DNA of 64,000 bases, from positions 17,236,001-17,300,000 of the forward strand of contig OZ024753.1 of the NCBI GenBank assembly GCA_964016885.1, given 5' to 3'. Under the pieces are notes generated by a model that made no database searches, was not told where the DNA came from, and saw nothing but the letters and a program-made list of their open reading frames with translations. A program made the position numbers and the translations under genes. This document shows, one piece after another, positions 42,894 to 60,169 of the stretch; positions within the stretch are counted from its first letter, which is position 1, and each line of letters begins with the position of its first letter. The DNA comes from Eledone cirrhosa. Lineage: Eukaryota.

Positions 42894-43339
42894 TTAACCC
42901 TTTAGCATTTACATTACTCTATATTGGTTGCTACTCCTTAGCGGCTGAGCTGTTGGTGGACAACAGAACTTCAATCTGTGTAATGGAACGTACATCAATA
43001 CACACTCTCGACAGGTGCAATGTGGCCGAACAAGGAAGGGCCGAACTCACACCGTCATCGCCCCCCATCTCTCTGTATAGTGAGCAAATGGTGTCCCACG
43101 TGCGGGCCGCCCCACAGCAACGGCGGACAAAATGGAGAAGGCGTTTCGCCGGAGGTTGGTAAGGGAGGATGCGTTGGAAGACTTTATCTCACATGATATC
43201 TAGTCTATGAGATTTTGATGTTATTTATTTTGAGAACAATACCTTAGAGTCGGTATGAGTGGCCAGTTACAGTCGGTTTGACCAGAAAGAGGTTGAGAAT
43301 TCTGGCCGGATATGGCCGGTTTAAATACTAAAGGATTAA
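42894..43339. mobile_element. piggyBac-type MITE containing a CRE fragment
   Basis: TTAA-CCCTTTAGCATTT ... AAATACTAAAGGA-TTAA. A homologous empty copy lies at 55769-55995. Confidence 0.7.
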
Positions 43340-44321
43340 AAATAACTTGTTTATTGGTGATTTATCATTGCAATCGTGTCCAGTATCGGTAAAGAGTCGG
43401 ACGCCATGCTTTCCAGCATAATTACGTCCCTTTACGAACTGAGTTCAAATCCCGCTGAGGTTCGATTTCGGGGTCGATAAAATAATGTACAAGTAATACA
43501 CTGAGATAATTGCTGGCCTTGTGCCAAAAGTAGAAACAATTATTACATTTGATGTTTGCTTTGCGGCATAGAGTTATGGCCATTTACAATGTGAGTTGAA
43601 GTCCGCTGAGGTTAGTTTTGTCCTTCATCCTTACGAGGTCGATGACATAAAGTACCAGTCACACACTGGGGTAGATTTAATCGACTCTTCCCTGCCCTGA
43701 AATTGTTGGCCTTGTGCCTAAATTAGAAACCTTTATTTTTTAAGTGTGGTGGATTAGCAGAACGGTAGAGCGTCGGTCAACTTATACGTATATAGCAAGA
43801 GAGAGAGAGAGAGATAGAGAGCGGGGGAGAGAGATCCCCATATATATATATATATATGTTTATATATCTATAAGGCGGCGAATTGGCAGAGTCATTAAGA
43901 CGTCAGATAGAGTGTTTTATGGTATTCGTCCCACCACATTGAGCGCTCTGAGTTCAAATCCTGCTGTGGTCAACTTTGCTTTTCATCCTTTCGAGGTCGA
44001 TAAACAAAGTACCAGTCCAGTACTGGGGTCGATTCTTCCTCTATAGAAAAAGTCGGGAGAGTTTGGGCTCCGCCATATTTAAAAGTGTCCTAGTCAGGCC
44101 ATATGAAGGTGCCGCTATGACTCCACAAGGAGTTATGTGATCTTTATCCAGTACATCTTTGATTGGACTTAGATCCTTGCATGCTGTGACACTAATAACA
44201 CATCCAGCTTAACACACCTTACCAAAAAATAATAGTGGATTATTCCACTAATCATCATTTCGCCCAAATGAAGCAGTTCTAGTCCTGTAGAAGCCATTTG
44301 TATATTAAATATTTATACTGT

Positions 44322-44371
44322 GCTTTCCTGATGATTTCTCCCGAATGAAACTGTTCTAGTCCTGTAGAAGC
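44322..44371 (+). ncRNA. Type I hammerhead (family A), second unit of a partial tandem
   Basis: GCTTTC-CTGATGA-TTTCTCCCGAAT-GAAA-CTG..CTG-TA-GAAGC. A 3' half-copy lies upstream at about 44265-44294. Confidence 0.72.
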
Positions 44372-44382
44372 CATTTCTATAT

Positions 44383-44414
<32 letters not shown>

Positions 44415-44460
44415 AATGAAAGGTATAGAAAATATTGTAGCAAAAAGCCAACAGTATTCG

Positions 44461-44510
<50 letters not shown>

Positions 44511-45041
44511 AAAAAGTTTGACCCCGACTGCAGAGCTCGAGCCGCTTCGACGGCTATTTCCGGACGAAACGGCTTGAGATCTGCCGTCGGGGTCAAACTT
44601 TTTCCTATTACTCACTCTACTACCCTAAGTATTGAGTACTCTGGTGCATTATGGTCCATCTGGTTCCTTAGCACACCTCCTTCGTTATATATATATATAT
44701 ATATATATAGTAATAATACTAATATTTATACTTATATATGGTTTATATATAATTATAAATATGGAGGGTTAGAGTTAAATGCTATGATATCTTTTATCTA
44801 TCTTCTCTAACACCTTTTTTGCTTGTATCTTTTGCACATGTATCACCTTAAAGAATATCTTTATATATAATATGCTTAATATTTCACTTTTCACCATTGC
44901 TCCTTATACTGTGATATATGTAACATAACATCCTTTTGTAACTCCGCTTTTAATATAATGTCACTGACACTGTCAATAGTTATGTATCTATATAAATGTT
45001 CTGAAGACTAGAATTGTATTTACCTGTTAAAACATTCTCTA

Positions 45042-45088
45042 TGCTCCGATGATTCCAGACATCCGTCTGGAAGAAACAATTGTCAGCA
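45042..45088 (+). ncRNA. Minimal hammerhead with C at core position 4
   Basis: TGCT-CCGATGA-TTCCAGAC-ATCC-GTCTGGAA-GAAA-CAATTG-TC-AGCA. All stems are perfect. Confidence 0.78.
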
Positions 45089-45127
45089 ATTAAATGTATT
45101 AAACTAAGATTTGATTGTTTTATATTT

Positions 45128-45181
<54 letters not shown>

Positions 45182-45281
45182 TGCGATGAAATACCAATGA
45201 TGGTTGGCAAATCACTGATGAGGGACTAATTTTATAATATGTAATCCATGTGCAACCACGCAGTATTCTTCTCCCCCTGTT

Positions 45282-45321
<40 letters not shown>

Positions 45322-45489
45322 AATGTGCAGGTATGATTTCATACACAAACCAAGGTATGTCGCAGTATCTATAACAATTGTTAAGTGAACAAATAACAAC
45401 AACAAACAAAACATTGACAAAGAATTATTAATGTATATTTCCTGTAACTTTTGCAGGTATGCTGGGGTAAGTGTACCTCATTACCACAG

Positions 45490-45631
45490 GTATGTGGTGT
45501 ATGGAGAAAACTACCTGTTTTGTATCAACAGTATCTCTGGAACAAACGAGTTTCACTTGTGTTGACCACAGCGCTTTTTCCAGACGGTGAAGTCAAGGGA
45601 CGAATTGTTACAATCAACGACAAACCTAAAG
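45490..45631 (+). CDS. chrd: Chordin exon, CHRD1 C-terminus
   Basis: Reads VCGVWRKLPVLYQQYLWNKRVSLVLTTALFPDGEVKGRIVTINDKPK, with the chordin VCGVWR...PxGEVxG motif. Donor AAG|gtgaac. Phase 0 in, 1 out. An alternative in-frame acceptor lies at 45457. Confidence 0.9.
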
Positions 45632-45694
45632 GTGAACCATATCTTCTAGTTTCGGCTTTCGTTACCAAGTTGATTTAAATGGCTTCTATTGCTT

Positions 45695-46760
45695 ACAAGT
45701 TGTTGTTGTTGTTGTTGGTGTTGTTGTTGCTGTTGTTGTTGTTGCTGTTGTTGTTGCTGTTGTTGTTGCTGTTGTTGGTGTTGTTGTAGTTGTTGTTGCT
45801 GTTGTTGTTGTTGTTGTAGTTGTTCTTGCTGTTGTTGGCGTTGTTGGTGTTGTTGTTGCTGTTGTTGCTGTTGTTGTTGTTGGTGTTGTTGCTGTTGTTG
45901 CTGTTGTTGTTGCTGTTGTTGGTGTTGTTGTAGTTGTTGTTGCCGTTGTTGGTTTTGTTGTAGTTGTTCTTGCTGTTGTTGCTGTTGTTGGTGTTGTCGC
46001 TGTTGTTGTTGCTGGTGTTGTTGTAGTTGTTGTTGGTGTTGTTGTTGTTGTTGTTGTTGCTGTTGCTGGTGTTGTTGTTGTTGGTGTTGTTGCTGGTGTT
46101 GTTGTTGCTGTTGTTGCTGTTGTTGGTGTTGTTGTTGGTGTTGTTGTTGTTGGTGTTGTTGTAGTTGTTGTTGTTGTTGTTGCTGTTGTTGGTGTTGTTG
46201 TTGTTGGTGTTGTTGCTTGTGTTGTTGTTGTTGTCGTTGCTGTTGTTGGTGTTGTTGTTGGTGTTGTTGTAGTTGTTGTTGCTGTTGTTGGTTTTGTTGG
46301 TGTTGTTGTTGTTGTTGCTGGTGTTGTTGTAGTTGTTGTTGGTGTTGTTGTAGTTGTTGTTGTTGTTGTTGCTGTTGTTGGTGTTGTTGCTGTTGTTGTT
46401 GTTGCTGTTGTTGCTGTTGTTGGTGTTGTTGTTGCTGTTGTTGTTGTTGGTGTTGTTGTTGCTGTTGTTGCTGTTGTTGTTGTTGGTGTTGTTGCTGTTG
46501 TTGTTGGTGTTGCTGTTGTTGCTGTTGTTGGTGTTGTTGCTGTTGTTGTTGTTGGTGTTGTTGGTGTTGTTGGTGTTGTTGTTGCTGTTGTTGCTGCTGT
46601 TGTTGTTGTTGTTGCTGTTGCTGTTGCTGCTGCTGCTGCTGCTGCTGTTGATGTTGCTGGTGTTGTTGCTATTGTTGCTGCTGCTATTGTTTTGCCATTG
46701 TTGTTGTTGCTGCTGCTGTTGATGTTGTTGTCTTTGTTGTTATTGTTGTTGTTGTTGTTA
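45695..46760. repeat. (GTT/GCT/GGT)n trinucleotide tract
   Basis: Direct inspection. Confidence 0.95.
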
Positions 46761-48037
46761 GACATACACTTTATAAAGATGTACGATATGATTTGAGAAT
46801 GATTTAATTGTTGTTGTTGTTGTTGTTGTTGCTGCTGATGATGATGATGAATCGAACATTATTGTTAATGTTCGATATAACCCATACGTACATACGTATA
46901 TGTATATATATGTGTGTGTATGTATATATATATATGTGTGTGCATATATGTGTGTGTGTGTATATATATATGTGTGTGTGTGTGTATGTATATATATATA
47001 TATATATGCGTGTGCGTGTATATATGTGTGTGTATGTATATATATATACATGTGTGTGTGTATATATGCGTGTGTGTATGTATATATATACACGCGCGTG
47101 TGTGTGTATATATGTGCGTGTACGTGTGCATATATGTGTGTGTGTGTATGTATATATATATATGTGTGTGTATATATATGTGTGAGTATATATATGTGTG
47201 TATATATATATATGTGTGTGTGTATGTATATATATGTGTGTGTATATATGTGTGTGTGTGTATGCCTATATATGTGAGTGTGTGTGTATATATGTGTGTG
47301 TGTACGTGTGCATACTTACATTTTTTGTTATTTTTCCCTTTTTATTTTCAGTTTATTTTTTGTCTTGAAAAATTTATATTGATTTGTCTTTTGCTCCTTT
47401 ATCATTTCTCATTGTTTTCTAATTGGATGTAGAGAGGGGGGGGGTCTTTGTTGTTTCGTTGATTGACCTCCATTTAATAGACTACCTAGTTTGTCTGTCT
47501 GTTTGTCTGGCTGTCTGTCTCTGTAGGTTTCGTCTAGAAACTTCTGTTAAGTGAGCGTGTAATTGGATAGAAGACATGTCTGAGCGGTGAGAATGAAGTT
47601 ACGAGATGGCGACTGAACGTGAAGAAGATTTGTCTCGGTATATATCAAAGGCGGGGTTTAGTAGCGCAGTGTGAACTATTGATAAAGGAAGAGGAGGAGA
47701 AAATAGGGGACAAGTGAGAGGAGGAGGAGGAGGGGAATAATGATAATATTAGTAATTTAACATCCTTGAGCGACAAGAACAAGGAGAGGGAGAAAAAGAA
47801 AAACAAGACGAAAAAGAAAAAGGAAAAGAAGAAGAAAAAGAAGCAGAAGGGAAAGGAAGACAGGAGATTGACAAAATGCGGAAGAAAAAACAACAAAATA
47901 TCGAAGGAAGTGAATTAGTGAAATAAATGAAATGAATGAAGGGAAGGAAGAAGACGAAGAAAGAGAGGAAGATGAAGTGAAAATAGGGGACAAATACTAT
48001 TATATATATATATATATATATTACTTATTACTTATTT

Positions 48038-48119
<82 letters not shown>

Positions 48120-48169
48120 TATATAAGTATGTATACGTACGTACATATATGTGTACAAACGTACAGTAG

Positions 48170-48244
<75 letters not shown>

Positions 48245-48382
48245 GCACATATATATATATGTACGTATGGGTTTACAGAACATTTATTATAATGGTCGGG
48301 TTGTTTGTAAACAAACAGCCCGAATTATGCCGTACAGTGCTCGGCAACCATCGTCGCCCCTTTGTTCAACACTGACACAGGA

Positions 48383-48425
48383 ACGATGTACTAGTTTCAA
48401 GCTTATTAGCTATCGTCAGCATCGT
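48383..48425 (-). ncRNA. Minimal type I hammerhead (family K; second copy at 48663-48705)
   Basis: ACGATG-CTGACGA-TAGCT-AATA-AGCTT-GAAA-CTAG-TA-CATCGT. Confidence 0.9.
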
Positions 48426-48880
48426 ATATCTTTCTGTCAGATGATTGAACGTTTGAAAGTATATACTTTCCTTATGCATATTAACGGCTGAGCAGCCTAA
48501 TTTCCACATCGAGTGAGTTAGTCGGCCGGGCGCACCGAAGACGATAAATGTAAAAGAATAAAACGAAATTTCATTTCTCACTCTTAGTACGGCTGATACC
48601 TAAATATAAGTATGTATCCGTACGTACATATATGTGTACAGACGTACAACACTGACACAGGAACGATGTACTAGTTTCAAACTTATTAGCTATCGTCAGC
48701 ATCGTATACCTTTCTGTCAGATGATTGAACGTTTCCTGTGTCAGTGTTGAACAAAAGGGCGACGATGGTTGCCGAGCACTACGGCGTAATTTGGGCTGTT
48801 TGTTTACAAACAAACCGAGCATTATAATAAATGTTCGGTAAACCCATACGTACACACACACACACACATATATATATATA

Positions 48881-48929
<49 letters not shown>

Positions 48930-48949
48930 TTATTAAAATAACAGATTAA

Positions 48950-49000
48950 AGTTTAAGCAAAGAATCGCTGCTTTCACCCTTAACGGGATCTTCTGAAACT
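48950..49000 (-). ncRNA. Hammerhead-like motif with CAGAAGA core
   Basis: AGTTT-CAGAAGA-TCCCGTTAAGGGT-GAAA-GCA..TGC-TT-AAACT. Stems I, II and III pair. Confidence 0.62.
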
Positions 49001-49205
49001 AACAAAGTCAATCTGTAAACGCAGAACTGGATATTTCAAAAAACGTTGCAACCGCAGGAAGACAGAATCTGTTATTTTAATAAATATTTGCTCTACGGTT
49101 CTTATATATTTGATATATATTTATCCTTATCGAGCCCTCTTTGGATTTTAGTCTTCAAATTTATTATTATTAATATTATTATTATTATTATTATTAATAT
49201 ATACG

Positions 49206-49284
<79 letters not shown>

Positions 49285-49440
49285 ATTTTTAAATTTTCTC
49301 ATTCCTTGTATTTTGATCATGCTTTATTTTTATTTATTATTTATTATATTTTTGTCTTTATTTGTTAATTTTTCATTCGCACCGTTTCCTTTCGCTATAT
49401 GTCTCTCCACCACTCCCCTACACACCTTTTGAACTCTCAC

Positions 49441-49468
49441 CTGAAGAAGGGCTTATGCCCGAAACGTC
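49441..49468 (+). ncRNA. Hammerhead core (also 36654-36681 -)
   Basis: CTGAAGA-A-GGGC-TTAT-GCCC-GAAA-CG-TC. Stem I is not evident locally. Confidence 0.6.
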
Positions 49469-49586
49469 GTCCCCCACCTACCCCCCACTCTCCTGAGCGT
49501 GAATTTAATAAACATTTGTCGTACTGCCTCTCTGTTCTGTCCCTGTTCAATTTTTCATTATATATGTATATATATGTATATATATG

Positions 49587-49673
<87 letters not shown>

Positions 49674-49730
49674 GAAGCTATATAAAATAGTTATATATAT
49701 ATATATAACTATATTTTATATAGTTTTATA

Positions 49731-49763
<33 letters not shown>

Positions 49764-49875
49764 TGTGTGTATATATATAACTATTTTATATAGTTTCATT
49801 TATATATATATATATATATAAATGGAAGTATATAAAATATAGTTATATATATATAACTATATTTTATATATAGTT

Positions 49876-50079
<204 letters not shown>

Positions 50080-50218
50080 AGAAAGTGAGGTTTTTTTTTA
50101 CAAAATGAAAAATAACCGATGTGTCCTACACGAGTGAAAGTATAAAGAAAAAGTGATGAAATCGAAAATGCAACTGGAGTCTTATTTAAAAAAAAAAAAT
50201 ATATATATTTATTTGGTT

Positions 50219-50256
50219 CCTTTACCGGTTTCGCAGTTCTTCTGCTTTTCAAAGGG
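50219..50256 (-). ncRNA. Minimal hammerhead, U3-A8 variant (family G)
   Basis: Same core and stems II and III as 13809-13846, with one stem I mismatch. Confidence 0.7.
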
Positions 50257-50284
50257 TCAGTAGAGATGGAGGGTCTGTGGTTTT

Positions 50285-50319
<35 letters not shown>

Positions 50320-50690
50320 CAAGGTTTAGCAAATAAGAAAAAGTTTCAAAATAAATTTCAAAAAACTCACTGTACTCACTATGGTTATCTTTACCGAATC
50401 CGTTTCGAGTCTCAAAAATAAATGGACAGTCCTTGCGGCCTTCCATTGAAAAGATAAACTCTCGTTAGAAGGTTCTTTTCACTCGGAGAATATAAAATTC
50501 CCGAGTTCAAATTACGAACTGGCGCTATTCAAAATTGTTCCCGAGATGAGAATGAATGATGTGTAAGCAATTCTGTCCAGTGCCGTGTGTAAAGATAGAA
50601 GCAGAGGCAGGGAAGTCAGTCTTCTACCACTATAAATAGCAGCAGTCAAAATGACCACATTTTCTCGGCCAAGAGGAGAATAATAATAAT

Positions 50691-54219
<3,529 letters not shown>

Positions 54220-54240
54220 TATACATATCTATATATATAC

Positions 54241-54295
<55 letters not shown>

Positions 54296-54323
54296 CATAT
54301 AATGGGTTATCTTTTCATTTCAG

Positions 54324-54464
54324 AAACGTTTACAACAGTATTATCTTCTCAGTCTATGAAAGGTGAAGGAGGCCGAGCCAACATCTTTATTGATCCTATT
54401 CGATATACAATATATTATAACATCACGTTAGAACGACCTTTTACTGGTATCAATAAAGTAGCAC
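54324..54464 (+). CDS. chrd: Chordin exon, start of CHRD2
   Basis: ttttcatttcag ... |gtgagt. Reads (E)[46 protein letters not shown], comparable to chordin ETFSAIL...GxGG. Phase 1 in, 1 out. Confidence 0.88.
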
Positions 54465-55768
54465 GTGAGTAGCTAATCACTTTCATTACTTTCATTACCG
54501 TCACTAGCAGGTAAAACCCCATTCAGGTGGTTTTCTGCTAGCATGTGTAGTGTGTATATTGATATTATACACAAGTATATATACATGTAGATATGATACA
54601 TCAAATAAAATCGTAATTGACAATATACACAGAAATTGAACGAAGACTGCGTTACACTGTCTTATGTAATCAGTAACGTAATCAATGAAACATAAAAAAA
54701 ACAGACGATATTATATATAAACTGCATTAGGAGAGAATTAGTGACGGAAATATATGAATATTTATGTAAATGATCGCTAACTGGAAGTGTTGACATTTGA
54801 ACATTTTAAAGAAGTGAATCTTTAAATAAGTAATAAAATATGTTTAATGAACAGCTACGAAATTTAGCTGATAAGTTATGTAATATTCATTTATTATTTA
54901 TTCAAAGTAATCCAACTTATTTTACTAAGGGGATGAAAAATTATAAACCGTACGCAGACCCGCGCTTCTTACTTTATTATAGTTTAGATTGCGGTGGATT
55001 GGCAGTACCGGTAGAGGGTCGGACGCCATGCTTTGCAGCATAGAGTTACGATCCCTTATGATCTGAGTTCAAATCCCGCCGAGGTTAACTTTGCCTTTCA
55101 TCCCTACAGGGTCGATAAAATAAAGTACCAGTCACGCACTGGGGTCGATTTAATCGACTTTCCCCTCACCTAAAATTGCTGGCCTTGTGCCTATATAAGA
55201 AACCATTACTTTCATTCCTTTCCAAACTATCTTGATATTTTTATAAAACAGGGATTATACTTACTCATATAGAGAGTAAAAGAGTAAAGACCCCTTTGGT
55301 CAGGAATAACCATGGGATTTGGACCTAGAAAGTTTCCCTTCCGAGGCACAAGACCGGGCAATGTTGTTTGTGGAAGACCATCAGTCCCCCATACACATAC
55401 CAGTCTCCCCACTTCACACCACCGATGTAGTCCAAGGGAAAGGCAATGGTTGATACAGCTTTGTACCAGTAGCGTCGCAACATACACTATATACTCTCTC
55501 TATATACACTATATACTCTATACTCTATATATACACACTATATATATACTCTATATATACACTATATATATGATGTACTCCAAGGGAAAGGCAATGCCCG
55601 ATACAGCTTGACAAAAGTGACGTCGCAACTCATTTCAAAAGCTGAGTAAACTGGAACAACGTGAAATAAAATGTCTTGCTCAAGGACACAATGGTCCGAG
55701 AATTGAACTCACAATCTCACGAAGCCACGAAAAGTGAACGAAACAATTGAATAGATTGCTTAATTACC

Positions 55769-55995
55769 TTAACCCTTTAGCATTCACGTTACACTACATA
55801 TACTATTATATTTTCATGGTAAAGGCTTTAGCTCACATAAGTATCTCATATAATATCGAATCTATGAGATTTTGAAAGTATTTATTTTGAGAACAATATC
55901 TTAACATCAGTTTGAGTGACCAGTTACAGCCAGTTTGAACTGAAAGAGGTAGAAAATTCTGGCCGGTTTGGGCCGGTTTGAACACTAAAGGATTA
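55769..55995. mobile_element. piggyBac-type MITE
   Basis: TTAA-CCCTTTAGCATTCA ... TGAACACTAAAGGA-TTAA. Confidence 0.7.
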
Positions 55996-56396
55996 ATATA
56001 TAGCAGTAAGTGGCTATCTGGCAGAGTCGGTAGGACTTCAGGTAGAATACTTTGTGGTATTCGTCTCGGCTCTCCGCTCTCTCAGTTTAAATCATGTCAA
56101 GGTCAACTTTGTCTTTCGTCCATACGACGTTGAGAAGAATGTACCAGTCAATTTCTAGTACTGGAGTCTAATCTTCCTCCTCCTTCTGACTTCCTGTCTC
56201 TCTAACTTCCTGTCTATCTGTGTCTTTCTCTGGAAGAAATCTGCTGTGTTCAAACCTTGCCAGGAGTGGACTCCACCAGTGTTAAAATGCCTAAGATACG
56301 CTGTATGTCATTATGGCACTCTTGACCACTCCTCCAGGAGTCACGATTCCGTACCATACCATATACCATATATATATATATGGTATATATATATTT

Positions 56397-56444
<48 letters not shown>

Positions 56445-56843
56445 GAGGTTATCACCTACATAAAATTAAATTAAATTAAATCAAGGATACATATATGTGT
56501 TGCAACTGTTCACTTTTGTCTCCTTTGGATGTCCTAAACAAGGAAGAAACCATGGTAGAGATATAATTACGGTATGTGCGCATTTCTTCTAAGTTTAATT
56601 CTACTACTAATTACGTGCGGTTGACGGTGTATTTGATCGGATTCTGCATGCTGCCGAAGTGTTTGATAAATGGTGAACGGAGTTAACGCGAACTAGCTGC
56701 GATCAATTATTTGTCGGAGATTTCCCCGTTAGAAAATTTATTCTTAAAGCTTGCTGGATTTGATTATGTATATGGTTAATTATGCTGATTAGAGGAAGAA
56801 ATAGTATATATTTTAATATCTGATTGATTCTATAGACATGAGT

Positions 56844-56953
<110 letters not shown>

Positions 56954-57002
56954 TATATATATATATGGTATATATATATATATGGTATATATATATATAT
57001 GG

Positions 57003-57036
<34 letters not shown>

Positions 57037-57037
57037 T

Positions 57038-57098
<61 letters not shown>

Positions 57099-57221
57099 AT
57101 GTATATATATCTATATATATATATATATATGTATATATCTATATATATATATATATGTATATATATCTATATATATATATATATATGTATATATCTATAT
57201 ATATATATATATGTATATATC

Positions 57222-57278
<57 letters not shown>

Positions 57279-57389
57279 TATATATATATATACATATATA
57301 TATGGTATATATATATATGGTATATATATATATGGTATATATATGTATATATATATATATATAGATGAGATTCTACAGGACTAGAATTG

Positions 57390-57458
<69 letters not shown>

Positions 57459-57511
57459 ATATATATACCATATATATAGAAGTGGTAACACAACAGTTAG
57501 TTCACCATGCC

Positions 57512-57547
57512 GAGAACAATTGTTTCACCTTAGCGGATCTTCAGCTC
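57512..57547 (-). ncRNA. Minimal hammerhead (family J; decayed copies at 6995-7035 and about 21476-21512)
   Basis: GAG-CTGAAGA-TCCGCTAAGGT-GAAA-CAATTG-TT-CTC. Confidence 0.78.
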
Positions 57548-57739
57548 ATATTGGTCATATACATACATACACACACGCACAGATAAACACACATAACTGG
57601 TCATGGGCATAACCCTGACCAGTACGAGCTGAAGATACGCTAATGTTCTCGGTATGGTGAACTAACTGCTGTGTTACCACTTCTTCCTAACTCGTCCCTT
57701 GGACTGAGTGCTCTACCACTACGGATATTACCTTCCAGT

Positions 57740-57879
<140 letters not shown>

Positions 57880-57895
57880 TATATATATATATATA

Positions 57896-58005
<110 letters not shown>

Positions 58006-58006
58006 G

Positions 58007-58085
<79 letters not shown>

Positions 58086-58230
58086 TATGTGTATATATAT
58101 ATATATACATATATATATTTATATATATATATATACATATATATATATACATATATATATATACATATATATATACATATATATATATACATATATATAT
58201 ACATATATATATATACATATATATATATAC

Positions 58231-58390
<160 letters not shown>

Positions 58391-58726
58391 TATAAAAATG
58401 GCTTCTACAGGACTAGAACTATTTCATTCCGGAGAAATCATACTCTGCTATGTATTGAGTACCTTACTTACTGTGGTTAACCCCGATTGAACCCGGGATA
58501 AACTTATATATATATATATACAGAGAGAGGAAGAGGTGTTTGTATATGTCTGCGTGTATGTGTATATCTGCGTGTGTGTATATATATGTGTATGTCTGCG
58601 TTTGTGTGTATGTTTGTGTATATCTGCGTGTGTGTGTGTATGTCTACATGTGTGTATGTATATGTGTGTGCTGTCATATTTTCACCAGATATTACTGGTA
58701 TCCCCTGTTATTCCATCTATTTCCAG

Positions 58727-58800
58727 TAAACCAGGAACGTATAACAGTCAGTGTACTTTACAACAGAAAAACTATATTTATGGACTGGGTTTATGAATCG
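58727..58800 (+). CDS. chrd: Chordin exon, CHRD2 middle
   Basis: ccatctatttccag ... TCG|gtaagt. Reads (L)NQERITVSVLYNRKTIFMDWVYES. Phase 1 in, 0 out joins both neighbours. Confidence 0.78.
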
Positions 58801-59972
58801 GTAAGTCCTGTTTATTACAACTAGTTACACAAGTCTTGGTAGAGACTGTACTACTATTAACCTTCGGTAAGTCCTGTTTATTACAACTAGTTACACAAGT
58901 CTTGGTAGAGACTGTACTACTATTAACCTTCTGTAAGTCCTGTCTATTACAACTAGTGACACCAGTCTTGGTAGAGACTGTACTACTATTAACCTTCGGT
59001 AAGTCCTGTCTATTACAACTAGTGACACCAGTTTTGGTAGAGACTGTACTACTATTAACCTTCTGTAAGTCCTGTTTATTACAACTAGTGACACCAGTCT
59101 TGGTAGAGACTGTACTACTATTAACCTTCTGTAAGTCATGTCTATTATAACTAGTGACACAAGTCTTGGTAGAGACTGTACTACTATTAACCTTCTGTAA
59201 GTCATGTCTATTACAACTAGTGACACCAGTCTTGGTAGAGACTGTACTACTATAAACCTTCTGTAAGTCCTGTTTTTTACAACTAGTGACACCAGTCTTG
59301 GTAGAGACTGTACTACTATTAACCTTCGGTAAGTCATGTTTATTACAACTGGTGACTCAAGTCTTGGTAGAGACTGTACTACTATTAACCTTCTGTAAGT
59401 CATGTTTATTACAACTGGTGACTCAAGTCTTGGTAGAGACTGTACTACTATTAACCTTCTGTAAGTCATGTTTATTACAACTGGTGACTCAAGTCTTGGT
59501 AGAGACTGTACTACTATTAACCTTCTGTAAGTCATGTCTATTACAACTAGTGACACAAGTCTTGGTAGAGACTGTACTACTATTAACCTTCTGTAAGTCA
59601 TGTTTATTACAACTGGTGACTCAAGTCTTGGTAGAGACTGTACTACTATTAACCTTCTGTAAGTAATGTCTATTATAACTAGTGACACCAGTCTTGGTAG
59701 AGACTGTACTACTATTAACCTTCTGTAAGTCATTTCTATCACAACTAGTGACACCAGTCATGGTAGAGACTGTACTACTATTAACCTTCGGTAAGTCCTG
59801 TTTATTACAACTAGTGACACCAGTCATAGTAGAGACTGTACTACTATTAACCTTCTGTTAGTCATGTTTATTACAACTAGTGACACCAGTCTTGGTAGAG
59901 ACTGTACTACTATTAACCTTCTGTAAGTCATTTCTATTACAACTAGTGACACCAGTCTTTGTGGAGACTGTA
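58801..59972. repeat. 66-bp tandem repeat, about 18 copies, starting at a splice donor
   Basis: Unit GTAAGTCCTGTTTATTACAACTAGTGACACCAGTCTTGGTAGAGACTGTACTACTATTAACCTTC(T/G). Confidence 0.95.
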
Positions 59973-60169
59973 CGAAATGTGGTTTATTTTTCAGCAGAGC
60001 CGCTGGAAAGAAACAATAGAGTTATTAATAACATAGGTTGGAATTATTACATGCAATATTTCACAGCTCTAGCATCGGTCCTTCGTAGGCTGACCAAGAT
60101 ACTCTCGTGGAATGATCAAATAAGATTTATCTTTCAACATGATGTAATATTCATTGTAAAAATTTCAAA

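Noticed and set aside
56486-56571. Alternative phase 1-to-0 exon ending at GTATGT
   Set aside because: The acceptor is poor and the peptide does not resemble CHRD. 58727-58800 fits better.
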